A DNA stretch of 64,000 nucleotides from an uncultured delta proteobacterium (GTDB lineage: Bacteria > Desulfobacterota > WTBG01 > CAIYCZ01 > CAIRTM01): NCBI GenBank assembly GCA_963804955.1, contig CAWDSQ010000020.1:96001-160000 (forward strand), read 5' to 3'. Below, one piece after another: positions 30,614 to 42,777 of the stretch. The notes beneath the pieces were generated by a model that ran no database searches, had not been told where the DNA came from, and saw only the letters and a program-made list of their open reading frames with translations. How positions within the stretch are numbered: position 1 is the stretch's first letter; every line of letters begins with the position of its first letter. The position numbers and the translations under genes are program-made.

Positions 30614-33092
30614 AAGGTGGAAGCTTGTTTGTGCTGTTGTTATGTCCAGTTTTTTGCCATCGGTTTTAATGGTGATGGCGCCGCACTGTTCAGTTACATA
30701 GGTGTTGATATTTAACTGTCTCTAATCGTTTTTTAACATCCGGGTGCGGTGTCTGCCGTTTTCCGAACGATCTGCCGCTGACAATGGCAACAGAGGGCTG
30801 TACGGCCTTGAGAAATGCCTCACTGCATGAGCTCTGCCCGCCATGATGAGGGACCTTAAGTACTGTTGCTGAAAGATCAACCCCGGCCTGTATGAGTTTT
30901 GATTCCTGTTCTTTTAAAATATCAGCGGCAAACAGAAAACTCACTTCACCGTAGGATATCTTTAAGCACTAAGGAATTATTGTTGGTTGCGCCCTGGTCT
31001 TCATCGAGCATGTTCAGGGTATCATCTGTAAGGATTAAGAACAGTAATAGTCACTGTGCCGATTGTGCGCTTTTCCGTATCTCTCTTGCAGGCAATAATG
31101 GCGGCTTTGTTTAGTCAATGCCGTTTCCATCAGTGCCTGATAGGGCTCCAGAAATGAATTTTCGACCATTATGCCATAATTCGTCCGTAGCAAATTTTCT
31201 GGCTATGTAGGGCAGGCCGCCGACATGGTCCCGGTGGGGATGGGTTAAAACAATATAATCAACTTTTTTTATGCCACGTGAATACAGGTAGGGGGCAATG
31301 ACTGCTTTACCCATATCGAAGCTGTCATCCATAAGTCCGCCGCCATCGATAAGCATCACCTCTTTATTGGGCAATTGTTATGACAGCGCAGTCTCCTGCG
31401 CCGACATCAAGAAATGTAACAGACAGACTATCATCAGGCCGGTTGGCATAAAGCGCTTGAGCACATTCTGCACCCAAAAAAACCAAACAGTCCACAGCCA
31501 TACAGTATCCACTGCTTCTTTGTACGGCATACAGCCGACAGGATAAGCAAACCGTAAAAAAATACCACCTCCCAGAACAGTGGAGTCGGCAACGGTAATG
31601 CCATCACCAAGCGCGGCATAGAATATATCAGAAAGAGAGAGAAAAAAATCAGTGCAGAGTGCCGGCAGCTTTAAAAAGCAGTGCAGCTCCGGGCTGCCAG
31701 ATAAAAACCATCATTGCAGCAGCAAGCCCCAGCGGCACAAGGAGAAATCCTGCAAGGGGCACCATGACCAGGTTTGTAATAAAACCTGAAGGTGCGAATG
31801 TGTGAAAATAGAATGCCACAATCGGAGCTGTTCCCAGCATTGCAGCAGCTGATGACAGCAGAGAATCACCTGTATAAGCGGCTAGTTTTGCCCGCAGCGG
31901 TGATGTTTTTTTGAAAGGATCAGATTCTTTTTTTGTCAATAAGCTGTTTCCATGCGGGAACAAGAATGATCAGGCAAAAAACAGCAAGAAACGAGAGCTG
32001 AAATGAAATTTCAAAAAGTGACTGCGGCGAAACAGCAAGTAATAACAAAAGCTGCAACAAATAATGTGTGCAGCATGTGCTGCGGCCGGTCCAGCAGCAG
32101 GGTAAGCAGATAGCACACAACCATAAGTCCCGATCGTGTAGCCGGTGTGGCCATCCCGGCAATCATGCAGTACCCCAGGACTGGGAATATCGACATGAAA
32201 AACGGCAATTTTTTTTGCGGGAATATACAGCAGCAGCCGGGGATACAGTTTCAAGAGATTAAATATAATTCCATATGCCAGAAGTGCAAAAATACTGACA
32301 TGCAAACCCGATATGGAAAGAATATGTGTTATGCCGAGCGCTGAGAACCGGTCCCTGATGTGTTCCGGAATGGTCCCCTGTTCCCCGATAATCAGCGCAA
32401 GAAGAATATCCCGTGACGGGGATTGCGTTGAGCTGTAGATGCATTCTGCGAATCCTGTTGCGGATAGATTCGATAAAAACCAGGAATCTATTGCCTTCAC
32501 CTTCTCGGATCAGAGTTATAGACTGGTCGCTTTCAAGAAATGCTGTTGCGTAAATGCTTTTATAGGCAAGATGCCGTATATAATCGAAGCCGCCCGGGTT
32601 TGAAAAATTTCTCGGAATATGCAGTGTCGATGAAAACCTGATCCGGTCTCCATAGCTGAATCTCCTGCCGCAGTCTTTAATGCTGAGCAGCAGATTGCCC
32701 TTTACTGCAATTGATTCATCGCGGCCATGAATTGCCCGTACAGCCAGTGTGAGCTTGGTTCGATTCAGCGTTTCCGATGGCGGTTCAGTTACAACGGCTT
32801 CAACTGTCCGACTTCCCTCATCAACATAGCGCAGAACAGAGGTGCCCGCAGGGTCGGGATGGATTTTGGCATACAGGCTGTAAAAGCCGATACAAAAAAA
32901 AAGGCAGGAGACACAAATGCCTGCAGCACGGAATGATTTAAATAGCAGTGATGCAGCCAGACTGATCAGGAGTATTCCTGCGCCGGCATACACTATGTTT
33001 ACCTGCAGGCAATCAGCATGAGCGGCTGTAATGCCTGCGCAGTATGCCAGGACAACAGCTATAAAAGGCTGCTGTAAAAACCAGAGCATCAC
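30605..33092 (-). CDS. comEC: DNA internalisation competence protein ComEC/Rec2; many frameshifts
   Basis: NPGGFDY, HILSISGLH, SFQLSF, DVGxG, THPHRDHVGG, LKVPHHG. Confidence 0.9.
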
Positions 33093-33143
33093 CGGTCGGT
33101 TCTTTTGATGAAAGAAATTTTTTTAACGAATGAAAATTCAAGT

Positions 33144-33647
33144 TTATAGTCGAGTTGTGCTGCCCGCTGCGCTGTTTTTGCCCTGCACGAACATTTTCAT
33201 ATCTGCAAAGCCGGACGCCGGGTCTTTTTTGAGAATTGCAGGAAAATTTGTGGTAGCTGTGATCCTGCGTCCGTCTTTTGTGCGGATAATGATTTGTTTG
33301 CCGGCAGGGGTAAGCTCTATTTCAATTTCATCTACTTCTTCAAATGGAAAGCGCTGCGTCGTGACGGTCACCCGGCTGGGATCTTCCTGTAAAGGCGTCA
33401 TGACTTCGACTATCACTTCTTTTGCAGTGAGACTGTAAGGTTTAAGAAACGGCGTCTCTCCCCGTTCCTCCCATGAATAAAGAAGTGAAAAATGTTCAAT
33501 CGTGGTCTGCTCCTTGTAAACATTGGTTACCAGTGCCGTAAAATAGGGTGGAGAGTCATTTGACGAACAGCCTGCAAGCAGCAGCACTATCATGCTCATA
33601 AGAAGCACAGGCGTCAGTTTCGCAGCGGGAAGGAAACGTATATTCAT
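33144..33647 (-). CDS. Hypothetical lipoprotein
   Basis: Lipobox LAGC after a hydrophobic stretch. Confidence 0.75.
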   Translation of the reverse strand: MNIRFLPAAKLTPVLLMSMIVLLLAGCSSNDSPPYFTALVTNVYKEQTTIEHFSLLYSWEERGETPFLKPYSLTAKEVIVEVMTPLQEDPSRVTVTTQRFPFEEVDEIEIELTPAGKQIIIRTKDGRRITATTNFPAILKKDPASGFADMKMFVQGKNSAAGSTTRL

Positions 33648-33713
33648 TGTGTTCTCCGATGATGAAATATAAAAACTTGTCTAATAACAGTATTCCAATT
33701 ATATTTCAAAACC

Positions 33714-34712
33714 ATGGATATGAAAGAACTATTTCAGCGGATGAAAGCTTTCCCGAAAGTTGATCTGCACCGCCATCTGGAAGGCAGCATTTCAGCAGAA
33801 ACGCTTGTGCACATTGCCGCAAAATACGGTGGTACATTGCCTGCCTGCACGGTTGAAGAACTGCGGCCATATATACAGATGCATGCAGAATCACCGGGCT
33901 TTCCAGCTTTTTTTCAAAAATTTAAAGTCTACCGGGGGTTTTATCCATGCCGGGAAGCAATCGAAGACGCTGCCTATAGGGCTGTCATGGATGCAGCCCT
34001 TGATACGGTGAAGTATCTTGAACTTCGTTACAGCCCGAGCTCATTTTGCCGGTTTGAACAGGTTCAGGGAAAGTGATGTCATTGAGTGGATAAGCGGGGC
34101 CATCCAAAAAGTCTTCTGATGATTTCAACATTATTGTCATACCCATACTTACCATCAGCCGGGATTTTGGACTTGAACTGGCAGAAAATACCGTTCGTTA
34201 TGTATCCCGGCTCAAACCGGGATTTTTTTACGGTCTTGATATTGCAGGTGATGAGGCTGTCAATTCAGCAAAGCCATTTTGCGATCTTTTTGCACTGGCT
34301 AAAAATTCAGGGCCTTCATCTTACCATACATGCCGGAGAGGCATGCGGCCCTGAAAATGTGCGGGAAGCTGTGATCGACTTTAAAGCTGACCGCATCGGT
34401 CATGGCGTGCGTTCTGTTGAAGATTCTTCAATCATGGCCTTGCTGCGCGAAAGGCGGATACTTCTTGAGCTATGCCTTACCAGCAATGTTCATACCGGGG
34501 TTGTCACGTCAGTGGAAGCCCATCCAATTCGCCGCCTTATGGAGGCCGGCGTACCTGTCAGCATTAACACTGATGATCCTGCTATTTCTGATATTACCCT
34601 CAGCGGGGAATATGTTGAGGCTGTTACGAAATTGGGGTTTACCGAATCAGAGCTCAAGGCCCTCAACCTGCAGGCGCTCGACCATGCTTTCCATCCGGAC
34701 AAGGACATCTGA
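33714..34712 (+). CDS. add: Adenosine deaminase; frameshifted, 3' end uncertain
   Basis: PKVDLHRHLEG, HAGE, RIGHG, NTDDP. Confidence 0.9.
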
Positions 34713-34875
34713 AAGCCGGCTTGCACATTTCTGGAATGAAACAGGGCAGGGGGCTAATGTCCCGGAGCATTTTTAAAAGCATGAAATGATTCAAAACTGC
34801 ACCTGGGTAAACAAGGTCGCAGAACCTGTAAAACATGAGATTCTTGTGCCGAGACAAGATATCTCAAACATGCTC

Positions 34876-35662
34876 TTAAAGAAGTGTCTCAAAAATCGCC
34901 TGAATAATATCAAGTGCTCCTGCCGCTTCATGCGCATCTGAGACAATGCCGCCTGCATTCCTGACTGCCTGTATGACCTCTGGAGAGGCATTGGCCGGGC
35001 AGCCTACGAATTTTGTTACTGCGCCGTTGAGCATGGTAATATCATTGATGCCGTCTCCAATGGCAATGACACGATCTGATGGTATGTTCAATAGTTCAGC
35101 ACATTTTTTCAGTACTTTTGCTTTTGAAAATGATGCATGCAGAATGAATGTCCATTCCTGGTTCCCGGAAATTTGCGCATCAGGCTGCGCCTGTTATAAA
35201 CTGCTGCATGACTTCGCGAAGAGCGGGTGTCTGGTCAGGTGAAACCCTGTAGGCAAAGACCAGATCGTTCACTACGCAATCCAGTATTGTAAATTGTGAT
35301 TCAACCTCTGAGCGCCATTGGGGGAAAAGCGGCCTGATTTTTTTCCAAAGTTCCGTATGCCGCTTTGTCTGCTCCAGCATTCCATGCCTCTACAGGAAGG
35401 TAGGTATCATCGCCGTCACGCAGATGTATGAACCGCTGGCAGCTTAAAAGAGCCAGTGGTTTTTGCTCCGCAGGCAGCAGTGATGCTATGTCTGCCATGG
35501 TATCGGTATAACGGTCTGAATTCATAACCCATTGCGATGCCTGAAGCTGCGAACTGAGGCAAGGTACTGCATAAGCGCACTGTCCATTTCAAGACGAGGA
35601 GAATATGACACTGATGTGCCATCAAGATCGAGTGCTATGAGGAAACGGTTTTGCTGCGGCAT
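34876..35662 (-). CDS. HAD-superfamily hydrolase (type II); frameshifted
   Basis: MPQQNRFLIALDLDGT; AIGDGINDITM...PANA. Confidence 0.8.
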
Positions 35663-35839
35663 GTATCAACTCCGGAAACGGGGAATATAAAAAATTATAT
35701 CACGCATTCTATGATGGTAAAATCAGTGCACTATGCAGGGTTTCTTTCCATGTTACAGCCTGGGGCATGTGCCTTCATGCATCCAACGTGCTGAATAAGG
35801 ATTATTTATTGGGCAATAGACCGGCAGAACAATCGCGTG

Positions 35840-36734
35840 TCAGCTGCGTTTTTTTGTGTAAGGTCGATACGTGCGGATCGTTTTTATGGGTTTGCCGCAG
35901 CTGAAAATTCTGACTGTTCCTGTTGATTCAGATACTGTGACGGCTATGGCATTGGTATTTTCTGAAATTGCAGATGCTGCGGCATGTCGGGCGCCCAGCC
36001 CTTTTATAGGCGTTATTTTATCTGCATCGGGAAAAAGATACATGCCGGCGGCATGAACGACGCCATTTTCTTTTACTATAAAAGCTCCATCAATGCGTGA
36101 AAGCTCCTTTACGCTTTCCTGTACTTTCTGGTCGGTAATTTTACGCTCATCTTCGGGATATCCGCGAAACGGGTTAAAAATCATCGGCTTTGACAATTCC
36201 AGAACTTTTTCAGTATCACCCACAACAAAAAGTGTGCCGACAGGTGCGCCCTCGCGTCCCTCCTGAGCAATTTCAATGGCAAGATTGACTAGTTGCAAAA
36301 GCAGTTCAACGGGTACATGCCTGCCTATGCGTTTCAGATCATGATGTGTTATGAGGACCGTAAAATCGTTCAATCCACACAATACGCATTGTGTCAAGCA
36401 GTCTGCGCCCTGAAAGGCTGTAGACACACAGGATTCGTTCATCCTGCTTTACTTTGCCTGATTCAATGATTGAGCGCAGAATGTATTGCAGTCTGTCGCT
36501 TCTGGTAACGCTGTTGAAGTCGCAAATAAATGTTTCAACGGTAATGTTTTCGGCAAGTCTTTTTGAAGGTATAACAATAATAAATTGATTTTTTGTGTAA
36601 ACAGGAAGAACAGCTTTCCACACAGCAAGGCTCTCGCACACAACGAGAATTTTTTTTATTTTCAGCTTTTCTGCGATATGTGTCGCTTCCTCAATCAAGG
36701 TAAGCGTTTCGCGATCCTGTTTTTTTTGCAGCAT
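35840..36734 (-). CDS. Diadenylate cyclase, DacZ-like (PK_C-like N-terminal domain plus DAC domain); one frameshift
   Basis: EIAQEGREGAPVGTLF, ELSRIDGAF, GLGARHAAA, VSESTG. Confidence 0.85.
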
Positions 36735-36837
36735 GACAGTGCTTTAGTAATAGTATGGTTTCGAGATTTATATGTCATCACTGTGCTGACAATGCGGCTT
36801 GGGACTGCAATTATCGGCCCCTGTCGCCTACTACAAT

Positions 36838-39066
36838 TTATTTTTTATTCTGTTCAGGAATAAACACGTCGCTTTTTACTTCCCATAATTGGTAAATCAT
36901 GCCTGAAATTTGTACCGGTTTAAAATAATTCCTGTCGAACTTGCGACGTATGTATAATTTGTTGAAAACGGTTTGAGCGATGTTTTCATCCATCAGCACG
37001 CCAAAGCGGCCCGGTTCAATATAATCAAAACAGTATTTGCTTTTTGCAGTATATTTTTTTTCAGTTGAATTCTTTGTTTGTCTGTATGCCCAATTGAGAA
37101 AGCTGAAAAGACTGCCCATCGGCCTGTATGTCTCCGGTGAGCACATTGATGTTCAGCCCCTTGCCGCCGGTAATAGTGTCATTTTGCATGTTGCAGGCCT
37201 GTAAATATCTGGTAGTAGGGATGGATGCCTTCCTTTTTATCAAAATCCCACGTGCCAAACCAGTACCACCAGTAGGCGATCCGGGAAGGAGCATATCAAG
37301 AAACAAATAAACCGGACGCTGATCGAGCGGGAAGAAAAAAGTAAGCCAGTCATCTGTTGTTGTCGGTAGCGCGATTTTTTGAGTTTTAGTTCATCAATTA
37401 TTGCCCGTGCATCAGCGGGGCCTGCAGCCAGTATTTTTTTTATCAGTTCCATGGCGGTGTTTTTATCTTTGCCGGTTGCCTTATGAAATTCATTGATGCC
37501 ATGCATGCCCCGGGCGACATAAAACTGCATAAAATTTGCCGAAAGCCTGAAATCAGTAAAAGCCAGCGGGAGTGCATTAAAGTAGGTGCGTTCACCGCTA
37601 TGAATAGATCCATCGTTAATGGTTGCCCTGCGCGCAAAATAGGTCAGGGCATAGCCATTATCCCACCATGCCCAGATAACTGCATCTTTGGGTGTTTTGT
37701 GAAGTGCGGCATCCATGCCTGCAACTGTGGCGCTGGTCAGCTTCGGCAATTGAGCATTCGTGGCATTTTCGTGGTACAGCGGCCAGGCACAAATAAACAA
37801 GCAGCAAAGGGCAAATAATCAGCAGCGGCAGGAAACGTTTTTTTAATTTCCATAATTCGCCTAAAAGATATCCGGTCCCGAGTCCCAGCAGAGGGCACAA
37901 GAAAAATAATGAACCGGTTTGCATAGGTGAACGCCAAAACAGACAGAATGGTAAGGGATCCAATAAAGAGAGATCCTTTGAAATTTCTGTAAAAAAGACA
38001 GGCTATCCCTGCGCAGGCAAAAATGAAGCTGGGTATTGAGCCGGTTGTGTAGTCAATGATAGTCGCAAGAGGAGGTATGGATTGTTCGCTTATGGTAACA
38101 CCGATATTGGGAAAATCACCGCTGGCATCCTTTGATATGTAGAGAAATTGAATGAAAATGCCTTTGATCGTATCAATAAAAATACCCGGGCCCTTGAAAG
38201 CCATAACAGTCAAAACAGCACATCCAATGATGCCGCCGAAAATGCAGGCTTCTTTTTTTGATGGCCGGTAATAGAAAACAAGGGCAACTGCAAACGGAAG
38301 AAACGTGATTGCAGATACAACAGCCGGTGTTTGATCCCACCACCAGAGAAATAAGCCGTAATTTATGACAGCAAGACCGACATAGATATATCTTTTCCAT
38401 GACGTAATCAGTGCAAAACGGAAGAAAAAGATAAGCGGATGCCAGTATGAAAGTTACATTCAGGCAGTCTGTGTCAAAGCGGCCAAAACCGCTTCTGAAG
38501 ATATAAAATGGATAGAGCAGGGCCAATAGTGCGCCGGAAAAACCGGCCACGCCTCCGCTGTAGTTTTTTCCAAGCAGATAGAGAGGCAGAGCAAGCAGTG
38601 CTCCCAGTACGGCCGGCAGGACTGCACCAACCCAGCTGAGCGACCAGGAGGACAATTTTGTTATTTGTGCGGCCATTACAGAGATAAGAGGAGGAGGTGA
38701 TGGACGGGGCGGGCAATCGGGCACACCCCGTTTTTCATCAGTTGGATAGTAGGTGTCGTCAATGAGATCTTGTGCAAGACTGAGATAGAAATATGCGTCA
38801 AATGTGGTGTGCAGAGGCTGACCTTCAAAAAAAGTACGCGATTCTGATTTTTTCCAATCAGAGATATCCTCCATCCTGAAAAAAATGCCCGCGCAAATAA
38901 GGCATATAACAGCAAGAATTTCACACAAAAGAATATACGGGGAAATAAATTTTTCCGCTCTGTCTATCGCAGCGCGTACCTGTGCAGTAAAAACAGGCTG
39001 CTGGAGCTGAATTTTTTGCCTTTCGGGTTCTTTTTTTATGATTTTTTGAGGTTTTTTACGGGCCAT
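36838..39066 (-). CDS. pglB: STT3/PglB-family oligosaccharyltransferase; frameshifted
   Basis: TTFDAY, GRFDTD, TISE, WAWWDNGY, DGSIH motifs. Confidence 0.85.
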
Positions 39067-39076
39067 TAAGCTGTCC

Positions 39077-39935
39077 TTAATTGTTATTTTCGACGCGGTC
39101 ATAGCGCAGCTGCGTTATTTGTTCGCTAATGAGCCCCAGCATGAAGATCATAACAGAACTGATCAGCAGCAGAGCAGACATGTTTGTAAATCGCTGGGTC
39201 AGCACATAGGTATAACAGTAGTTAAAAAGACCCATGAGCATAAAAAGCAGACTCATGGGAAGAAAAACGAGCATGGGTGAATACAGGGTGGTTATTTTAA
39301 TAATGATCAAAAGGAATTGGAAGCCATCAGTGAGGGGCCGTATTTTGCTTTTGCCGGTTCGTTTTGCAGCCTGTATGGGAATATAGCAAATAGACCGTCC
39401 GCTGTGCAAATAGGACAGTGTAATGGTCGTCGGGTATGAAAATGTATTGGGCAGCAGATACAGATAGCGCATGGCGGTTTTTCTGTGTACGACACGAAAT
39501 CCTGAGGTGAGATCCATCACCTTTCTTTTGGTTATAAAGCTTGCCAGAAAATTGTAAAATGAATTAGCGCATTTTCGAAAAAAATTCGCATGAGTCCTTG
39601 AATCACGTGCGCCGACAACCATATCATTTTTTTCGGCCTCTGCAAGCAGCCGCGGTATGTCTTCAGGATTATGCTGCCCGTCTCCATCAAGAAGGACAAC
39701 CAGATCACCTGTTGCCATTCTGATGCCCGGTTTTAACCGCTGCGCCATTTCCTATATTATACGGATGTGAATAGACCAGTGCGCCGGCACGGCGGGCAGC
39801 CTCACCGGTTCCATCATCTGATCCGTCGTCGACAACAATGATCTCAGCATCGGGCAGCAGGCGGGAAATTGATGTTATGACTGTTCCGATGATGCCGGAC
39901 TCACGGTATGCAGGTATAACTATCGAAATTTTCAT
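39077..39935 (-). CDS. GT2 polyprenol-phosphate glycosyltransferase-like (DPM1/GtrB-like) with C-terminal TM helices; one frameshift
   Basis: ISIVIPAY, VVDDGSDD, LDGDGQH, DLTSGFR. Confidence 0.9.
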
Positions 39936-40039
39936 GATAAGTCCTCTGTCGATTTGTTGAAAAGTATAATTCACAATAAGAGAACAAGTCAAGAGTGTAA
40001 CGTTTTTTTTAACTTATTTTCTCATTAAAAAAAATCTTA

Positions 40040-40468
40040 TCAGTACTCACAAAGCTCAGGATTTGATTTTTTGCAGCATTCCGGCATGGAGGTGATGCTG
40101 GATTTAACACCAGCCAATGCTACAAGGGCTTCTTCCTGCCCGGTGAGCACAGTGGGCATTACGCCCGTCTGATTGTAGACCTCATTCAGAAACACAGCTT
40201 TGTTTCCGGCAGCGCGCACGCAGGCAGTTGCTACTGCATAAATGCCAGCCGGCTGAAGCTTGAGTGCCTGTTGTGTGAAATGCGCTATGCAGGCAACCGC
40301 ACGTGCAATAGATTCATCTTTAAGCGTGCCGGTGTCGAGCATGTCTTCACCCGACCGTATGATAGCGTGATTTCTCAGGACTGGTAAGAGCCGGCCGTCT
40401 GGTGAGACATCAGCCACTAAAAGCCGGATTGTCTGTGAACCGATATCTATTGAAGCAAGGCGCCGCAT
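40040..40468 (-). pseudogene. Truncated Ppx/GppA phosphatase (N-terminal half only)
   Basis: ASIDIGSQTIRL, ATACVR, LTGQEEA; no DIGGGSTE half downstream. Confidence 0.75.
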
Positions 40469-40601
40469 TGCTAACCGCCAAAATAAATTACTGGATACGG
40501 ATGCGTGGCTGACTGTTCAGGGAATCTCTGCTGTATTGAAGATAGATGTGCTATCATATAAAGCTGTTTTCTTTCGTCTTTCTTTATACTAGAATTGGTC
40601 A

Positions 40602-41846
40602 ATGGATGCGACAGTTTTAATTATTTTTATCATTGTCTATGCAGGGATGCTTCTCGGAGAAATACCCGGCCTTGCCCTTGATCGAACAGGGATAGCACTG
40701 CTTGGAGCAATTGCTTTTCTGGCAACAGGCCATATCAGTCCACAAGATGCCTGGGACGCTGTTGATGTTTCAACCATGGCGCTGCTGCTCGGACTCATGG
40801 TCATATCTGCCCAGTTTCGACTCGGGGGGTTCTATGCATGGATTACACGAAGGCTTGCGCGATTCCAGATCCAGCCTGAGAGTTTGCTGGGGGTGCTTAT
40901 TATTATTGCCGGGGCGCTGTCGGCAGTGCTTGCAAATGATATCGTCTGTCTTGCAATGACTCCGGTGCTTATTGAGGGCTGTGCCCGCCGGTCGCTAAAC
41001 CCGGTGCCCTATCTGCTGGGGCTTGCCTGCGCATCAAATATCGGGTCTGCGGCGACTCTTATCGGCAACCCGCAGAACATGCTGATCGGGCAGGCCCTTG
41101 ACATATCGTTTTCCTGGTATCTGCTTGAAGCTGCAGTGCCGGTTCTCGCGGGTCTCCTGATTACATGGATGGTTATATGCGCGAGATACCGGAATGACTG
41201 GCGCAGAGTAACTCCTGTTCCCAAAATAGACACGAGCGATATAAATTACTGGCAGACCTGCAAAGGCCTTTTTGTTTTGTCCAGTGCTGTCATGGCGTTT
41301 CTTTTTTTGCCCTTTCCGCGCGAAATTGTCGCTCTCGCCGCTGCGGCGATTCTTCTGACAAGCCGCAGGATGGCATCGCGGCAGATGCTGGGGCTTGTCG
41401 ACTGGCAGCTGCTGGTTCTTTTTGCCGGTCTTTTCATAGTCAATAAGGTTCTTGCCACCTCAGGAGTCTTGCATTTATTCATAGACCATCTTGCAGCATG
41501 GGGAATTCACATCGAGCATCCGGCATGGCTTTTCGGACTGACCCTGGTGCTGTCAAATCTTGTTTCCAATGTGCCGGCTGTCATGTTGCTGCTGCCTGCT
41601 GCGACGTATCCTTCTGCCGGAACTATTTTAGCGCTTGTCAGCACCTTTGCCGGCAATCTTTTCATTATCGGCAGCATCGCAAACATTATTGTTGTTGAAC
41701 AGGCCAGGAGTCTGCAGGTAAAAATAAGCTGGCGGGATCATGCCCGAATTGGTATCCCGGTCACCATAGTGTCGCTGGCATGTGCCGGAGCGTGGATTTT
41801 AATTACATTTGGCAGCCTGATCGATCTTTATTTAATCTTCAAATAA
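40602..41846 (+). CDS. ArsB/NhaD (ion transporter superfamily) anion transporter
   Basis: LANDIV, SNIGSAATLIGNPQN, SNLVSNVPA, GSIANIIV. Confidence 0.9.
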   Translation: MDATVLIIFIIVYAGMLLGEIPGLALDRTGIALLGAIAFLATGHISPQDAWDAVDVSTMALLLGLMVISAQFRLGGFYAWITRRLARFQIQPESLLGVLIIIAGALSAVLANDIVCLAMTPVLIEGCARRSLNPVPYLLGLACASNIGSAATLIGNPQNMLIGQALDISFSWYLLEAAVPVLAGLLITWMVICARYRNDWRRVTPVPKIDTSDINYWQTCKGLFVLSSAVMAFLFLPFPREIVALAAAAILLTSRRMASRQMLGLVDWQLLVLFAGLFIVNKVLATSGVLHLFIDHLAAWGIHIEHPAWLFGLTLVLSNLVSNVPAVMLLLPAATYPSAGTILALVSTFAGNLFIIGSIANIIVVEQARSLQVKISWRDHARIGIPVTIVSLACAGAWILITFGSLIDLYLIFK

Positions 41847-42770
41847 AGCATCGACAAAATCGCGCGCATTGAACTCTCTCAGGTCGTCTATTTGCTCCCC
41901 GACGCCGATAAATCGAACCGGTATGCCCAATGTCTCGGAAATGCCGACAATCACACCGCCTTTTGCCGTGCCGTCGAGTTTCGTCAGCACAATTCCGGAA
42001 ATTTCAATTGCTTCCTTAAAAAGCTTCGCCTGTGAGATGGCGTTCTGGCCGGTTGTTGCATCAAGAACCAGGATTGTTTCATGAGGAGCACCGGGCAGCT
42101 CACGGCTTATGATGCGCTGAACTTTTTTTATTTCATCCATGAGCGGGGCCTTTGTATGGAGCCTGCCCGCCGTATCTATAATAAGAATATCGGTATTTTT
42201 TGACTGTGCTGATTTCAAAGCATCAAAAGCTACCGCCGACGGGTCAGCGCCGTGTTTGTGTTTGATAACTCTGCAGCCGACACGTTCACCCCATATCTCA
42301 AGCTGGTCAATAGCAGCTGCGCGGAAAGTATCGGCAGCGGCAAGCATGACAGAGTGACCTTTTGTTTTAAAAATATTGGCCATTTTGGCAATGGTTGTTG
42401 TTTTTCCGGTACCATTGACGCCGACGGTTAGAATGACATACGGCTTTCTGTCTGAAGTAATTACGAGCGGCTGTTCATGGGCAGCTAAAATCTCGTAAAT
42501 ACCCTCTTTGAGCACCTCTGTGAGCTTGTCGGCATCCTGAAGCTCCTTCCGTTCGACACGCCATTTTATTTTTTGCATGAGCGTGTCAACAGTTGCAACT
42601 CCAAGGTCAGAGGTAATGAGTATGTCTTCAAGATTGTCAAGAAGCTCCCTGCTTATTTCTCTTTTGCCAAGGGTGAGTTCTTCAATGCGGCGGGTTACAG
42701 CCTGATGGGTTTTCGACAAACCCTCTTTGAGCTTTTTAAAAAATCCAAAAGTCCCGGTTTTTGCTTCCAT
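41832..42770 (-). CDS. ftsY: Signal recognition particle receptor
   Basis: GVNGTGKTTT, DTFRAAA, DTAGR, TKLDGTAKGG. Confidence 0.97.
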   Translation of the reverse strand: MEAKTGTFGFFKKLKEGLSKTHQAVTRRIEELTLGKREISRELLDNLEDILITSDLGVATVDTLMQKIKWRVERKELQDADKLTEVLKEGIYEILAAHEQPLVITSDRKPYVILTVGVNGTGKTTTIAKMANIFKTKGHSVMLAAADTFRAAAIDQLEIWGERVGCRVIKHKHGADPSAVAFDALKSAQSKNTDILIIDTAGRLHTKAPLMDEIKKVQRIISRELPGAPHETILVLDATTGQNAISQAKLFKEAIEISGIVLTKLDGTAKGGVIVGISETLGIPVRFIGVGEQIDDLREFNARDFVDALFED

Positions 42771-42777
42771 GCCCGTC

